64,000 bases of DNA from Pelomyxa schiedti (taxonomy: Eukaryota; Protista; Evosea): positions 113,316 to 177,315 of the forward strand of contig JAHLWZ010000676.1 of NCBI GenBank assembly GCA_020536535.1. Direction: 5' to 3'. The number at the start of each line of letters is the position of its first letter. The stretch's first letter is position 1. Both the position numbers and the translations under genes were made by a program. Below are positions 12,164 through 25,640 of this stretch, one piece after another. A model generated the notes under the pieces. The model was not told the origin of the DNA. It saw only the letters and a program-made list of their open reading frames with translations, and made no database searches.

Positions 12164-12334
12164 ACCTAAAAACAAGCGCAGTCAATGGCCATGACACCAC
12201 TCCCCTGCGCTATAAACCCGCACAAAGGTTCATTCATTTTTTTTTTCACCGATGGTGCACTTCGCCAATAGTGGCAATGTGCAGGTTCGTCCGTTCCATC
12301 GAAAAAAGAAACGAACTTTTTTTCGAACGAAACC

Positions 12335-15300
12335 ATGGGTTGGGATACGAGGGGGTGTCGCCTCGCCTTGTCGATATTGTTCGCCGTTGTTCTGTGTATG
12401 CGTTGTGGCAGTTCCATTGTGACGCCTCATCATCGCCACGAGAGGGGGGACGGTCGTGATCACAGGGTACTACTGACATTGACACCATCGAAACCCACCA
12501 CGAAATATTTGCTTGCTGTTGTTCCTAACATAACTGTGGGTGTCATGTTATAGACTCAAGGGAACCGAGGGCTAGTGGACGAGTTCATTCACGTTCATAT
12601 CATACCTCACAGCCATTGTGATGTTGGGTGTGTTTTTTTTTCTGCATACACATTATGCGCGGCTTTTGGTATCTAACTTTCCCCTCCCCCATTTCATGCA
12701 GATGGCTAGAACCTGTCCAGGTTTTTTTCTCCAAAGTATTTTCTTTATCTAAATGGTTGGATGATACAGGAATACTATGACACAGAAGTAGTAAAAATCC
12801 TCAACAATATTGTGGACCAGTTGTCCACTGATACCTCAAAACGTTTTATATGGGCTGAAACAGCATTCCTCAAGATGCACTGGGACAATCCCAACACTAC
12901 CCAAGATTGGCGAGATTCTTTTTTGTCCCTGTTAAGGACAAAGCAAATTGAAGTTTTTCACTTTTACTATTGGATTCACCTCACTTTTTTCCTAGATTGT
13001 ACTTGGTGGAGTGGTAATGAATGATGAAGCTATTGTTCATTTGGAATCCTGTGTAGGCATGTGATGATTTCCCAATATATTGTTTCCAATGCAGCAAATC
13101 TGATAGATCAAATGACTGATGGACACACATGGATATCGGAGCACCTTGGTAAACGCTCTTTCACTCCCACCTCTTACAAATTCGTACAGGTGATGATGTT
13201 CTTCCTACTATTGGTATTTTGTAGAGTATTGGCCTTTTCAAACAGGTAATAGGGTGGCACATTGACACCTTTGGCTCGTCATCTGTAACACCCACATTGT
13301 GGTCCTGGTGCAACTTTCGGGCATTCTATATAAATAGGTTTGTGGTCATGAAGAAATATGTCTCCTCCTTCCACCAAATAGAATTCCAATTGAAACTCAG
13401 GAGAGCTTCTTCTCTTCACAAGGTTCCTTGCACTTTTGTTCACCTATCGTTAATTCGTTCAGGATTGGAATTTTATTGGCAGGGTTCTCCTTCACTGAAA
13501 GAACAGACATCCATCTGGACTCATGACTTGGATCATTATTTCTGCTCTCCACCAAATTGTATCAAAATCTTCCTTGTTAGAAGTATGTTTAGTTGATTTA
13601 CTTTACAGGTAACTGGGAATGGTCTGTCCGATACAACCATTTTCGATGAATTACCTTTAAACTAGGGGTGACCCGCCAGTTACTTCTGATAATATAAATT
13701 CCATAGCAAGCTCTCTTTCTGACGAGTGTCATTCCCGCATGAGCCTGTTCCAGGTGTGAGAGTATCAATCAGTATGTAGCCCTGATAACTTGCCAGGGAA
13801 ATCAATTGCTAGTTCCATTTGGTTGTACATGAGCAAAATACTGTTGGGTAATTGAAATCCAAGGTTGTGATTTTGAGTTCCAGAATACAGTTAATTTCGA
13901 TAACATGGACATACTGATGGCATACATCAATGAAAACTCTGAAAGGGTACTCTTGTGAGTATGTTGCTCTACTTATAAATCTAGTTTCGGATGGACATGA
14001 GATACTCAACCTTGAGTGAGGTGACGGACGGTATTTTGAGCCAAGTATTGACTTATCCAACCTGGACTGGTTCCTTCCACTTTCTTTTTTTCCAAAAATT
14101 ACACAAATATGTGAATGAATGCAGATGACTTCTTCTCTTATGATGACAGTCCTGGGAGATACTGGACAGGGTTCTTTACGACATGGTAGCATGAGCTTTT
14201 GAATAATATCTCATTTATACAGGCCCAATCTTAAGAGCTATGTCCGCTCTCGAATGTCATATCTTCGGACTGCTGATTTGCTTTACACCTTGTCGAAAGA
14301 GAGATCAGAATGGCAGACAGTAACCTTTGATCCGTTTACTGAAATGTAGTTTTTGCGGCAAGAAACTCGTACTGATCAGAGTTTAGATGCACATTGCGGG
14401 ATGCCCTTGACATCACTCAACATCACGACTCTATTACAGGCATCTTTTTCTACATGCACACTTTGAGTTAAATGCATTCACAGGGACAAGTCCTCCAGAT
14501 ACAAACAAAGACTGTAGTTATCTTTTTAATTTTTTTCCCGCTCAACAACAAAAGACATGGACAAGCTTCATACAGGAACACAGGCCGTAGTGCCTGTGAT
14601 TGAAACGGGCTTGAGCATTTTACTTAAAAAAACGTACAGTTCCCCGTTAGTTGACCTTTCGTTCGATCCTTCAGTATTATATTATTCACTAGGCAAAAAT
14701 TTGACGACTGCTGGTAGCTTCCCGTTACTCTCCATCCACTAACAGTAATAGTTGTTATTACTAACACTCTTGGTTGGGGGAGAAGTGAATTGGTTGGAGG
14801 GTTCCCAGTCCCATCTGCCCAAATTGAAGTCATTGATGGTGAAGAAAATTCTGTGGAAATGGACGTTCTTTCAACTGCAAAGCAGTAAAAATCCTTGAGT
14901 ACTTTCAACTTTCAATAGCTCATGGACCAATTAGAAGCCAGCTGTTCTTTAAAGTTGATATTCCCCCAGTGGGTTCAAAGGTTTACTTCGTTCGGCCAGC
15001 CACTGAGGCCCCTTACATGGACAGCCCTAAAGCCTCTCTTCAAATCGAAAATGAGTACTTTTTGATTACTTTCTCTGAAACTTCGGGCCGCATTTCTTCG
15101 TATGTTCATGCCACATGTTCCGAGATTTCCTTTTAACAAAAAGAAAATAGTATTTATAATAAAAAAGAAAAAACAACTTTTTCTGTTGATCAGAATATGA
15201 TGTCATATACTGCAATGTACCTTACTGATTCCTACATCTTCAACACAACTGAACCTGCTGTACCCATCACCAATAATCCTATTAAACTTGACATCCAAGT

Positions 15301-16484
15301 GGGCACGAACATGCAACGTGCTTCACAAGTCTTTTCCGATTATGCAAAGCAGGTAGAAAGCCCGTCGGGGAAACAATTATTTGGACTTAAACCGAAACCA
15401 GGAAATCTTGTTGTACAACGGAGAGCCAACAATCGAATTCATCATCACCGCTGGCCCCATACCAATGAATGTTGAGCTCATTACCAGATTCACTACGGAG
15501 ATGCAAACCAGTGGAGGAATCACAACTGATGAGTACTTTCCTCTGAACTTTTCTTTTTTCCTTAATAATTGGCCAAGGTATGGAATGGAGATGCACCCCC
15601 GTGTGTATGATAGCACTAAAGGAATAGGTGGAAATGTGTTCCCCATGGTTACCAGTGCCTATGTGATTTTCTTATTCGTTTTTCTTCTATTGAGAGAAAT
15701 GAATAGATTACCGACTCCTCCAAAGAGCTGGCTCTGGTTTCGGAGCACTCACACGGAGTCTCATCCCAATTTGATGGTTTAAAACCCTCCACAATTAAAA
15801 GAATAAACAGCATATTCACTTTGCACCAGGTACCCTTGAGGTATTTCTTGTTCGACGGTGCAATACGCCAACAATAACAGGAATATCCCCAGACGATACA
15901 ACAGTACTAAATACCAACCCACAAAACAAACAACAAGAAACGTTACATCCAGGTCACTACACATCACCTGTGGGCTATTATTGGATCAAATGACTTCGTG
16001 GAAAGCCAGAGACCTGCTGTAGCTATTTCCAAGAACAACAATGTACCAATCCCCAAGTTACACTGTCACCCTGATTTGCCGTTTTCTGCAGATGACAAAG
16101 CTGTTCGCATCAATAAATTCTGTATCAGACTGGAACAGTCAAAATCTGAATTCATTATCCGGAGTGGCCCAAGACCTCCCACCACAGGTAAATGAACAGA
16201 AACATACCACAATCGTTCCCAATAACCCTGGTGAGGTGCACCTGTTGTCTATGAAAAGAAAAGGGCCACAGCACAGTGAGACTATAGTCCGCTTGCAACA
16301 CATATACGAGGCCAATGCTCCCTCTCCATACAATCAAGCAGTGTCTGTTGACTTGGGATCCTTCTTTGGTTCACAAATGGGAAACTGCACTGAAACCTCG
16401 CTTACAACAACTACTGATACGGGATATGTGAGCTCAGTAACACTAAACCCTGTGGAGATCCACACCCTTCTATGTGATAGGTGA
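12335..16484 (+). CDS. Lysosomal-type alpha-mannosidase (GH38), many exons
   Basis: Signal peptide; HIIPHSHCDVG-WL, KRFIWAETAF, GGVVMNDEA, GWHIDTFG, PFGCDF, YWTGFFT, QHHDSITGTS, VRLQHIYE, LNPVEIHT. Confidence 0.92.
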
Positions 16485-16533
16485 TTTTGGAGGGAATGAA
16501 GTAAATTTTTTTTTTTCCCTCTGCTTGACAGTT

Positions 16534-18840
16534 CTATGACTTGGAGTGTGTGGTCGTGGTGCAATGTGAATAGAAGTCATCTAGGAGTTGTTGCAGTGCT
16601 ATTTTGAATGAGACAGAATAGGACAAGGGGAGAAAGGTACATGCATCAATGGAATGACCTCCAGGTTGATTAGACTCCGATTCACTGGCACTAGTAGGAT
16701 TGTCACTGTCAGTTGTGCTGTCCTCCGAATCATCATAGGGAGTGTTTGAGTCTTGCATAAGGCTGAGAATAAGTTTTTCCATATCCTCAAAAACTTCAGG
16801 TGTATGTTTGCCTTAGGCGGGTTAGGACAGTAAGAATGGTTGTGAAACACCTTCAGGTGTTGTGCCTGTATCACAGCTTGATGCCCTTGGCTGTGAAAGT
16901 GTAAAAAAAGTGGAGGTCTCTTCAGATTTACCTTGCCAAGTAAAGGTGACCTCTCCGTTGAATTATGTTCCAATACTAATGTAGGGGAGCCAGTATTAGA
17001 CATTGGAAGTGTTCGTGGTGGTATTTTTGGTGGAGTTGACATCTTTACAGAGGAAGGTGAATTTGGAATAGTTGGTAGGGGTCTGATTTTTTTCTTTGTA
17101 CTTGGGGGTGCAGGTCGAGGAGGAAGAACCGGGGGTGTTGGTGGAAGTGGAGTTGGAGGGTGTTTTTCGTGAGTAGAAATGGGTCGTTTATCTGTACGTT
17201 GTGCACCTAGAATCAAAGTGTTCTCTTCAGAAGAAACCTGAAATCCAAAAACTTTACAAGGTAAAGGAAGGAAGCAATTGCCTACATTGGTGGACTGGCA
17301 AGAAAGTGTTTCATCCTGCGGAGATTCACAAGATGTACTTGCACTTGCTGGGGGTGTGAATGTAGAACATGAATGTGAAGTAGACATTTCATTCACATTA
17401 GTTGATAGTGTTTGACCAGTCAGAGCTCGTAACTTATCCAAAAAAGTGTATCTCTTCTGTTGAATTTAAATCTACTAGTAGAGCGTTGTCTTGTGGACGT
17501 ACCAGAGGAGTTTGAAGTTTTGAGGGGTCACTGTATCTTCTTTTCATTTCTACTGGAGGGGATGGAGAGTGGCTAGGCAGTTTGAAAATTGGAGAAGCTG
17601 CATTCGTGTTAAGGTTTGAAGATGACGGTGGGGGAATCCTGGGAGTAGGTGGAGCTTCTGGACAAGGCAGAGGGGTTGTAACAGAACGCGAAGTGGATGG
17701 CGAAGCCGAGGGAGAGTTAGAACTGCTGGTCAACTTCTCTTTGGCGTGTTCTAAAACAGTATCGTGGACTTGAAAATGGCAAGTCATCACAAATATTTCA
17801 AAGATACTTCTTGGTACCTGCAATTCTGGACAAAGATTCGAAGAGACCGACTACATTAGCACATTGGAGCCTCCTAGCAAGCTGAGGTGGTGTTACGCCC
17901 TCGTTGTTTCGAAGTTCCATGTCCGCGCCATGTGCAATTAATGTTGCAACCACACTCAGGTTCTGAATGCGCACGGCAAGATGAAGAGCTGCCAAATGTC
18001 ATTTCAGGAATGGTGCAAAAGTGACAACCTGTATCCCCGCATTCGTTCTTCTGATTTACATCGATTTGCCTTGTCTTACAAAGCTCGTTTAGTAATAGGT
18101 AATGTCCAAGAAGAGTCGCCTTCGTAATTTGCCTGAGGAACAAACGATTTGGTTATTTGGTACTAACCTCGTGTAAAAGAGTACCCCCGTGGGGGAGTTG
18201 TATATTAACATTGGCACCTTTACTGATGAGGAGTTTCAAACAGTCTAATTTGCCATTTCTGACAGCCAGCATAACCTCCATACAGTTGGAACAAGTCAAA
18301 CTTCACTTACATACTGGCAGTACACCCTTTGAATCAGGAATATCAGTCTTGGCTCCACAATACAATAAACAAGCGAGGACTTCCTCCCTTGAGTGAGAGA
18401 TCGCTAAATGAAGCGGCGTCAGACCAGGAGACGACGGTTCGATTGTCTGGGCGCAACATCACTTTAAATTGAATATCAAGTTGGGAGCCGATCCCTGAAA
18501 ACCTGGCAGTTAATTTCTGCCCCAGACATTTGAAGTCTCAAAACACATTCAGCATGTCCTTTCTCAGCAGCATAGTGAATAGCAGTCTTCCCGCTGAAGA
18601 GTATGAGAAGAAATGCCAACACCACATTCCACTGTGAACCTGGGATAGTAACAGTCGATTACATCACACGGTGCGTACTTTTTCAGTGCCGCTGCGAGAG
18701 AGCGAGATTTCCCGTGCTTCGACTGGTGGACGATCGCCTTCAATGCCTAGAAGAAGAAACAGTGAGTCTTGGGTTCGACAGACGTGCTTCGCAAAGGAAA
18801 ACCGCGGTACCTTTGTCGAGTTAATATCCGGGTGTTGCAT
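16534..18840 (-). CDS. Ankyrin-repeat protein with Pro/Ser-rich C-terminal region
   Basis: TPLHLAI, GANVN...GTLLHEA, DTALHLAV..HGAD..NNEGVTP repeats across exons, followed by PPTPPVLPPRPAPP segments. Start codon tentative. Confidence 0.8.
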
Positions 18841-18945
18841 CCAGATCCCAGTTATTTTGTAATTATGATTAAATTGCGGCTTGGCACCTTCTCCGGGATC
18901 TGCAATCACGAAAATTCAAACAACACCAACGAAAACACCGATTCG

Positions 18946-21900
18946 ATGAAGCTCGGCACACTAAGAAAAAAGAACACAAGTGCCGGTGCGTTGTGACAAC
19001 CTCCATAAAACAAATAAAATCGAGACAGTTAACTGACCCCACCTTGTTACAGCGCCTCCAGCGGCAACGAGATCTGAGAGACCTCTTCCTCCAAAACCCC
19101 AAAACAACACAGTATTAAGCGCCTCTGCACCTCTGTCATCTGTGCCGGTTGACGTACACACAACTACAACTACACATCCAGTACTCGTACTCCCCACTCT
19201 TCCCCCACGCCCGAATGTATCTGCAGATCTTAGTCAAAACGAGCACTCCAGCTCGGCACAAGCACAAACGAGACCCATTGTCTCGACTAACACTAACTCT
19301 CAATCCAGTCCTCAGACCACCACGACTACCATTCCACACGAAAAGCCTGCTGTAGTAACCCCTACTGGGGCTCAAATAGAAGCCAATTCATCACAAAATA
19401 CTCCCCCACCTACTGCAGTATCCCCTGCTGCAACGCCGTCGAACTCCACTTCCCCTTCACTCCCTTTATCCACGTCCACGTCCACTTCTGCTTCCACTTC
19501 CACTTCCACGACTTCTCTACCACCTTCCCCTACAGCTTCCCCCTCTCCGTCGGCATCAGCCTCACAAACTTCTCCCACTCATACTCCAAGACTTCGTCTT
19601 TTTAGGAAATCCACACGGCACATCTCTTCACCGATTTCAGTTCCAACAAGTACCACTACTGCAGAGAGTTCTACTGGCGATAAAGGGCAGCATTCCTATC
19701 CAGTTCCAAGTAAAGATTCCCTTCAAGACTACCCTGTGATGAGTTAGTTAATCTTATGTGCAGCGTCTTCCCATTTAAGAAGTGCCTCTGAAAATGTCAC
19801 TGTAGCAAAACCACTAGATTCTGCACGTCAGAATTCTCCACTTACTGTGTCCTCTCCTTTGTGTGCTTCGCGGCCTCGTCTTGGATCTCTCCGTGAAGAT
19901 AGCAAACTTCCTGGGGCTCCCAATTCTGATGTGGATCAAGCACCCAATTGTGATAACTGCAAGGAAAAACCTGCAAATGTCTTTTGCACGATTTGTGGGG
20001 GTTTTATTTGCCATGAATGTGATTCCGTTTGTCATGCTGCGCCGCTATTGCAGAAACATAAGCGAGTGTGGCTCGCCCTCCACTTGAAAGGCGCAGTCTG
20101 ACTGCTTCATAGGTTCCTGTCAATCAAGTCCCTAAGCATAAATATCTGTGTAAAGAACATCCCTTGCATAACCTGGAATTCTTTTGTCGCTCTGACCAGA
20201 GTCTTGTGTGTGCTCAATGCTTTGTTTCTGGGTACTTCATTTTTGTGGTGTCAACTACTCACTATGGAATATTCAGCACCCATAAAGGTCACACAATCTG
20301 TGATGTTGAAGAAGTTGCCGTGGAATTCAGAGGGAGCATCTCCAATCTCTTGAACCAAGCACAAATCGTTCAAGACTCACTTGAGGCCCATCACAGAACT
20401 CTTTCTGAAGTGTGTCTCAATTCGGAAAAAATCCATACCAAAGACGTGGACTGCATTCATGTTTATTCATACCTCTTCAAAATCACTCTTACATGAACAA
20501 GAAATACTTCAGCCATTTACAGGAAGAACTTTCAAAGAGGGAAGAATATCTAGTCGCCCAGCTACTAACGAAATCACCTATTGAAGACCTGCAACAACAA
20601 ACTACTCAAACTTCATTAATGAATGCTGGCGTGCAATCTGTTTTACGGGAGGGAAGAGCTACACTTCGCGAATGCGATACTACATTGCTCTGGGACAAAG
20701 ATGCTCTAATAAAGAAGTTGAAGAAAGTGGCTGAGATACAAATCCCTTCAGTCTCATCAACAAGTCCACCTCTTACCTCTAAATATGTACCCTAAGTTAT
20801 GCTTCAGAGGTACCTGTAATATCACTACCAGTATGTGAGGATGTTATTTCGTCCCTGGGTAACATCAAAATGTGCAGCTACAAGCTTGACTTGGGGGTTG
20901 GAGCAGACGGGACCCTGGTGAGTATTTTCCTTATCCCAACAGTTGTTAAGAAAATTGAAGATCGTTGATAAAGAGGTAACTCTCGAAGCCGGAAAGTGGC
21001 ATGAATATGTTGCAATTACAGTGAAGAAAGGTGGTTTACTTACAGCAAATGCATGGGATGGCCGTTGTGGTGGAAGACTACAACTTCGGGTTCGTGGTAC
21101 TATCAAAATTGAACAAGGAGGGCATATTACTATGTCTGGAAAAGGATATTCTGGGGGTAAAGCCATTTCTGAGTCAAATTCTGGTTTCGCTTCACAGGTT
21201 TATTTGAATTTGGCCTTTCTACATATAACTTGTTCCAGGGTGAATCTCCGGGTGGTCTAGGAGAAAGATCGGGAAAAGAAAACCAAGGAGGTGGAGGTGG
21301 AGGTTCCGCCACACCCTTGGATGGGAGCACTGGTGGTGGCGGAGGGGGGAATGCTTCTATGGGAGAAGACTCTAAACTTCCAGCTTCCCTGAAAGTGGGA
21401 ATAATTCCGAATCCCAGACCAGCGCCCGCGCCTGCAACGAACACTGGTACCTTTCCGCACCTGAAAGATTCGTGTAATGTTTTTCTTGGATAGGCCAAGA
21501 ATTAGCCGTAGGATGTGGCGGAACTACTTATTGCAGTAGATCGACTTCGCAGCTATCCATGGGGTCTGGTGGGGGTGCAGGACATCCATTTTTCAGTTCT
21601 TATGGTGAGACCACTCACTTGATAAAAATAAGATTAAAGATCAACAAAGATAGTAGTGGAATTTCTGAGTTGACCTCAACACCACGGCCAGTAAAACATC
21701 GACTGAGTACCATGTTCCTCATCAATGAGCTCTCTGGGAACTTAGAAGAAACTAACATATCCACTCCACCTGGGACTCAGGAAGTGACCAAAGACCCTTC
21801 ACCAGACAACAGTGTTACCACAGGAGGAACAGGGGGAAGAGGTGGCGGAATAATCCAAATATGTGCACAAGCTGTAGAAAATCATGGAACCATTTGCTGT

Positions 21901-22219
21901 AACGGCGAATGTGGTCATTCTGCCACAGAACAAACTCTTGGCTCTGGTGGGGGAGGTGGAGCAGGAGGTGACATCCAAATACAAGCAGAGGTTTCTTTCT
22001 TACCCCTTTTCCATATTACTAAGTCCCTTTTAGGAAATAGTGAATGATGGTGTCATCCAGTGTAAAGGAGGGCCTGGTGGGAAGGCAGGGAATACAGATT
22101 GTTTCATGTGCTCGACTGGAGGTGCCGGAGGATGTGGACAAATTGTTTTGGAGTATGGGACACAAACCGGCACAGGGACAACCGAACCAGATAACTTTAC
22201 ATATTACACAGGCCTTTAA
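18946..22219 (+). CDS. Tandem B-box zinc finger + coiled coil + C-terminal glycine-rich repeat domain protein
   Basis: CDNC..FCTICGGFICHECDSVCH..HKR and CKEH..FFCRSDQSLVCAQC..HKGH; helical segment; then GGRLQLRVRG, GKGYSGG, GSGGGAG, GGRGGGIIQI, GGGGGAGG repeats; stop 22219. Confidence 0.85.
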
Positions 22220-22360
22220 ACACGTGTTTAATTAAACAACTCTGAGTGTTTGTATTTCTATCCCAAAGAACTTTTTTTTAACAACGTCTTGGAAAAGAAC
22301 ATAAAGACGGTGTAAAGCAAAACTTTTTTTTTTTTTTTCAAGTTAGACAATGAAAGGGGC

Positions 22361-24210
22361 CTATGCAGAACAAGCTGTGGAGTAGTTGGGGAACCCAGGG
22401 AGTGTCTCCATTCCAAAGAGAGCCAGTTTGGACAGGAAGTAGTCCATCCTCAGGCCGGCGTCCTTGATGTTAACCAACTGCTGAAGAGCAGACAGCACAG
22501 TGGTGCTAAGTACGAGGTGATCATCGAACCAGTCTGGGAATCTGAATCTCTGAGGATCAACAAGTCAGTTCACAGAAATACGGAAAACACGAAACAAAAA
22601 AAAACAAATGTCAGAAGTACCATCTCCGATGTCCAGAGGCTCATCTCCTGCCACATGACAGGGATGACGCTGTAAGTCTGCTGGGCATTGGGAGCGTGTC
22701 CGATCTCCCAGAAGTGCTGAAGGGTGTGGATTCCGGTGTTGCACATCGTGGCGTTGTAGATGGCGGCGTAGACGTCCTCGGGCTGGTCCTGGATCTTGAC
22801 CATGTTGGTTCCGACCGAGTCGGAGCAGTACCAGTGAGAGACACGGTCTCCGAGCGCGTGCAAGTAGACTCCGTACTTCACAATGGCCTCGGGCACTTGG
22901 TTGCCATCAGACATGATGGAGTACCTATTCGGGGAGAGGACATCAGATATGGATAATGGGAAGGCGAGGAAAAGAGGAGGGGTGGAGAGAAGAAGTAGAT
23001 GATGGGGGAATATTGGATTGGAGCGATTTGGGATTGTCAAGGATGTATATGAGATAGAATGAAAGGACATACTCTGGGAATGTTTCGAGCCACTGGGGGA
23101 TTTGGTTGACAGTGAATGTGTCGTGGAGGTTCATTTCTCCGAGGTTGTTGATCACATCGACGACGGTTCGCACATTCGCTACCATGGTTGGATTGTTGAG
23201 GAAGATATTCGCCATGGTAAGTCGGTTGACTGTCAGGTTTCCGGTCAAGAACATTGCAAGTGTGGAGTTGACATAGCCATTCTGTGGGCAGTTGGGGCCG
23301 CTGAAGACATTTTCTGTGTGTGGATTCATGATTAGCTTGTGTTTGGGACACTTGGATATCTATGATCCCCGAGAAAGGAGAAGGACTTACGTTGGTGGGG
23401 AATAGTGATTCCAAAGAGACAACCTTGGTGGTGCTGTTGATAGTGGCCGTGGTTTGACTCTGAGATATTCAGTTAGAATCGTTGATGAATCAAGTGGAAA
23501 GACTCACCACCGGGGGCAGGGGCGAAGGCCCAATCCCTCCATGATGCAACAAAGCCCTCATTGACGTGGTCAAACACGTTGGGGTTCAGGCCGTTTCCGT
23601 AATGTCCCTCAAATGTAAGAGGCATGTGGTGCTGGTAACCAGATGTGCTCATGTTCAAACGGCGCATTCCAAACATTGGAGGGCTCTATGGATAACTCTG
23701 AGTTTATACAGTACACATGACATTCTCAAAATGAAACTCACCCTGAGATTGGCTGGAAGCCCATTGCCACAGGCGTCACAGGGAATAAATTGAGGAAGGT
23801 CAGTGGCACTGGAATAAATGGCAAGCTGATAGCTATTTTTCAGAGGAACACCGTTAGCCACTTGGAGAAAGGAGGAAAAAAGCAACATACGCGTATTCGG
23901 CCTTCATTCCGAGAGCCTGTGCCATCATGTACGAGGCCAGATAGTGAATTGTCCCAACACAACAACTAGGAGGAAACATAGCCGCTTGAGAAACAGCCTA
24001 ATTCAAGTAAGAAAGAGAAGAAAGAGAGACACAAGAAAAACCCTAACATACACGAAGGCAAGGAACAGTTCTCATTCCAGGTTTGCAACCAGCATCAAAA
24101 GCGAGTTGATAGAGGTTCCTGTAGCCGCCTCCTGGAAGCATGCAGATATCCTCCATGAAGGCAAAGGACGAGGCACAAAAGAGGCCTAGTAACAAAAGAG
24201 CCTTGTTCAT
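22361..24210 (-). CDS. Secreted putative metal-dependent hydrolase, family uncertain
   Basis: Signal peptide MNKALLLLGLFCASSFA; HYLASYMMAQALG; GVYLHALGDRVSHWYC; HTLQHFWEIGH; multiple GT-AG introns. Confidence 0.7.
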
Positions 24211-24605
24211 TTCCTTCTTGCTTGTTGGTGGGCTTGATTTACTTTTTGTTTAAATTTAACCAATTTTTGAGGGGCCTTAAAAAGCTAGGGGGGAAGAACA
24301 GCAAGAAAAACGGAAGAATTCGTGCGCAGAAGCGACCTCAGAGACCGGAGCGCCTGCCCCGTTTGGTGTTCCGATTTTGTCACCCGGCGCTTTCGCTGTG
24401 CCGCCTTCCGCAAAAGGCTCCAGATCGGACGTCCAATCTGCAAAAATTTCTTTTTGAGGAAAAGGTCGGGGGCTTTTTTTAGGAGTTTTTACACCTATCG
24501 TAACGATCTGGCTAGTTTTTGGTCTGGGCTCGGTTTTGGTTGCAATTACAACATTACTGGGAGCCCTATTCTTACTTAGTTAATCGGCATGATGTGGAGG
24601 GCATC

Positions 24606-25548
24606 TCACGCGTTTCTTTGTTTCATTTGAGTGGTGATAGCGGACCATAACTCAGACACGCCCGTTCCATCTTTTGCACTGCAAGTCCTGATTGCGTTTT
24701 GGGTTAGATACGACAGGGAGGAATAAGAGGCATACAGTGGTTCTATGCCTATTTTGTGACAAAGCTTGATTTCAAGTGGAAAGTAAGTGGTTAGGCATAA
24801 TTCCGGTGTTTTCTTGGCACATACTTCTACAATGTCCTCAGGTACTGTAGAGGAGAGATCTTGTTTGTTTCCAACAACCAAGAACATTGGCTGTGCTGGG
24901 CTAAGGCTTGTGAGTCTCAAGTGTGGTGTGATCATTCCTATTACCACCGGCAATCATAAATATCCTTTTGCAGACAGGAGGCGGGAACGGGATCGGCAAG
25001 ATCGTAGACTTGTAAAATTAGGTCAGCGTTGAGAGTGGCCTCATCACGGTAGTCAATATCTGTTAGAGGTGAAAATGTGTTAAAAGGAAGGTGCTTGGGA
25101 GTACCCCATGTCCTATCTTTGTTACCCTAATTGGTGAGACCCTGGAAAGGAAGATGTATCATTGACAACCTGTTTGTTCGAACTGAAATCTCAAGTTAGG
25201 AGGAAAAAGATAATGTGCAGTACCCTAGTTTTCCATACCAAATAAAGAGTCACATCACCAAAGGTTCTTTCAAACTAAACTACTGAGTGATACTCACGTG
25301 AACAAGTAGGCAAAAAATAAATACCCCTGCGGCCGTTCTCGTTGGGTGCTCAACATAAAACGTATCATCCTATGGAAATGTCATCAACCCATGTGGCTTA
25401 CAGGAGACACAAGGTACCCAAAATCGGTCCAGCAGCGAGGTCTTCCCAACATTACAGTCTGTGCGACCCAGGATCAGCAATACACTTGAGTTACCTCGAG
25501 CTACACACCACCCCTGAGCAGTACACGGTACCGAGTCACCGCCGACAT
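24606..25548 (-). CDS. Divergent Ras-superfamily GTPase-like protein
   Basis: G1 GDCNVGKTS (after splicing), ADLILQVYDL, G4 VGNKQD, G5 CSAK; no recognisable DxxG G3 and no CAAX. Confidence 0.75.
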
Positions 25549-25640
25549 GTTGGCCGGCCAACCAACAACCCAAATATGTAAACAACAGCCCTTAGGGGCT
25601 GCTATTTCTTCTCATTAAAAAACGAACTTTCTCGTTACAG

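Noticed and set aside
24440-24592. Possible U12 snRNA (minus strand ATGCC..GTAAG.. plus Sm-like site)
   Set aside because: The branch-pairing GTAAGGAA is imperfect, the Sm site is about twice as far away as expected, and the start lies just after the GTPase stop codon.
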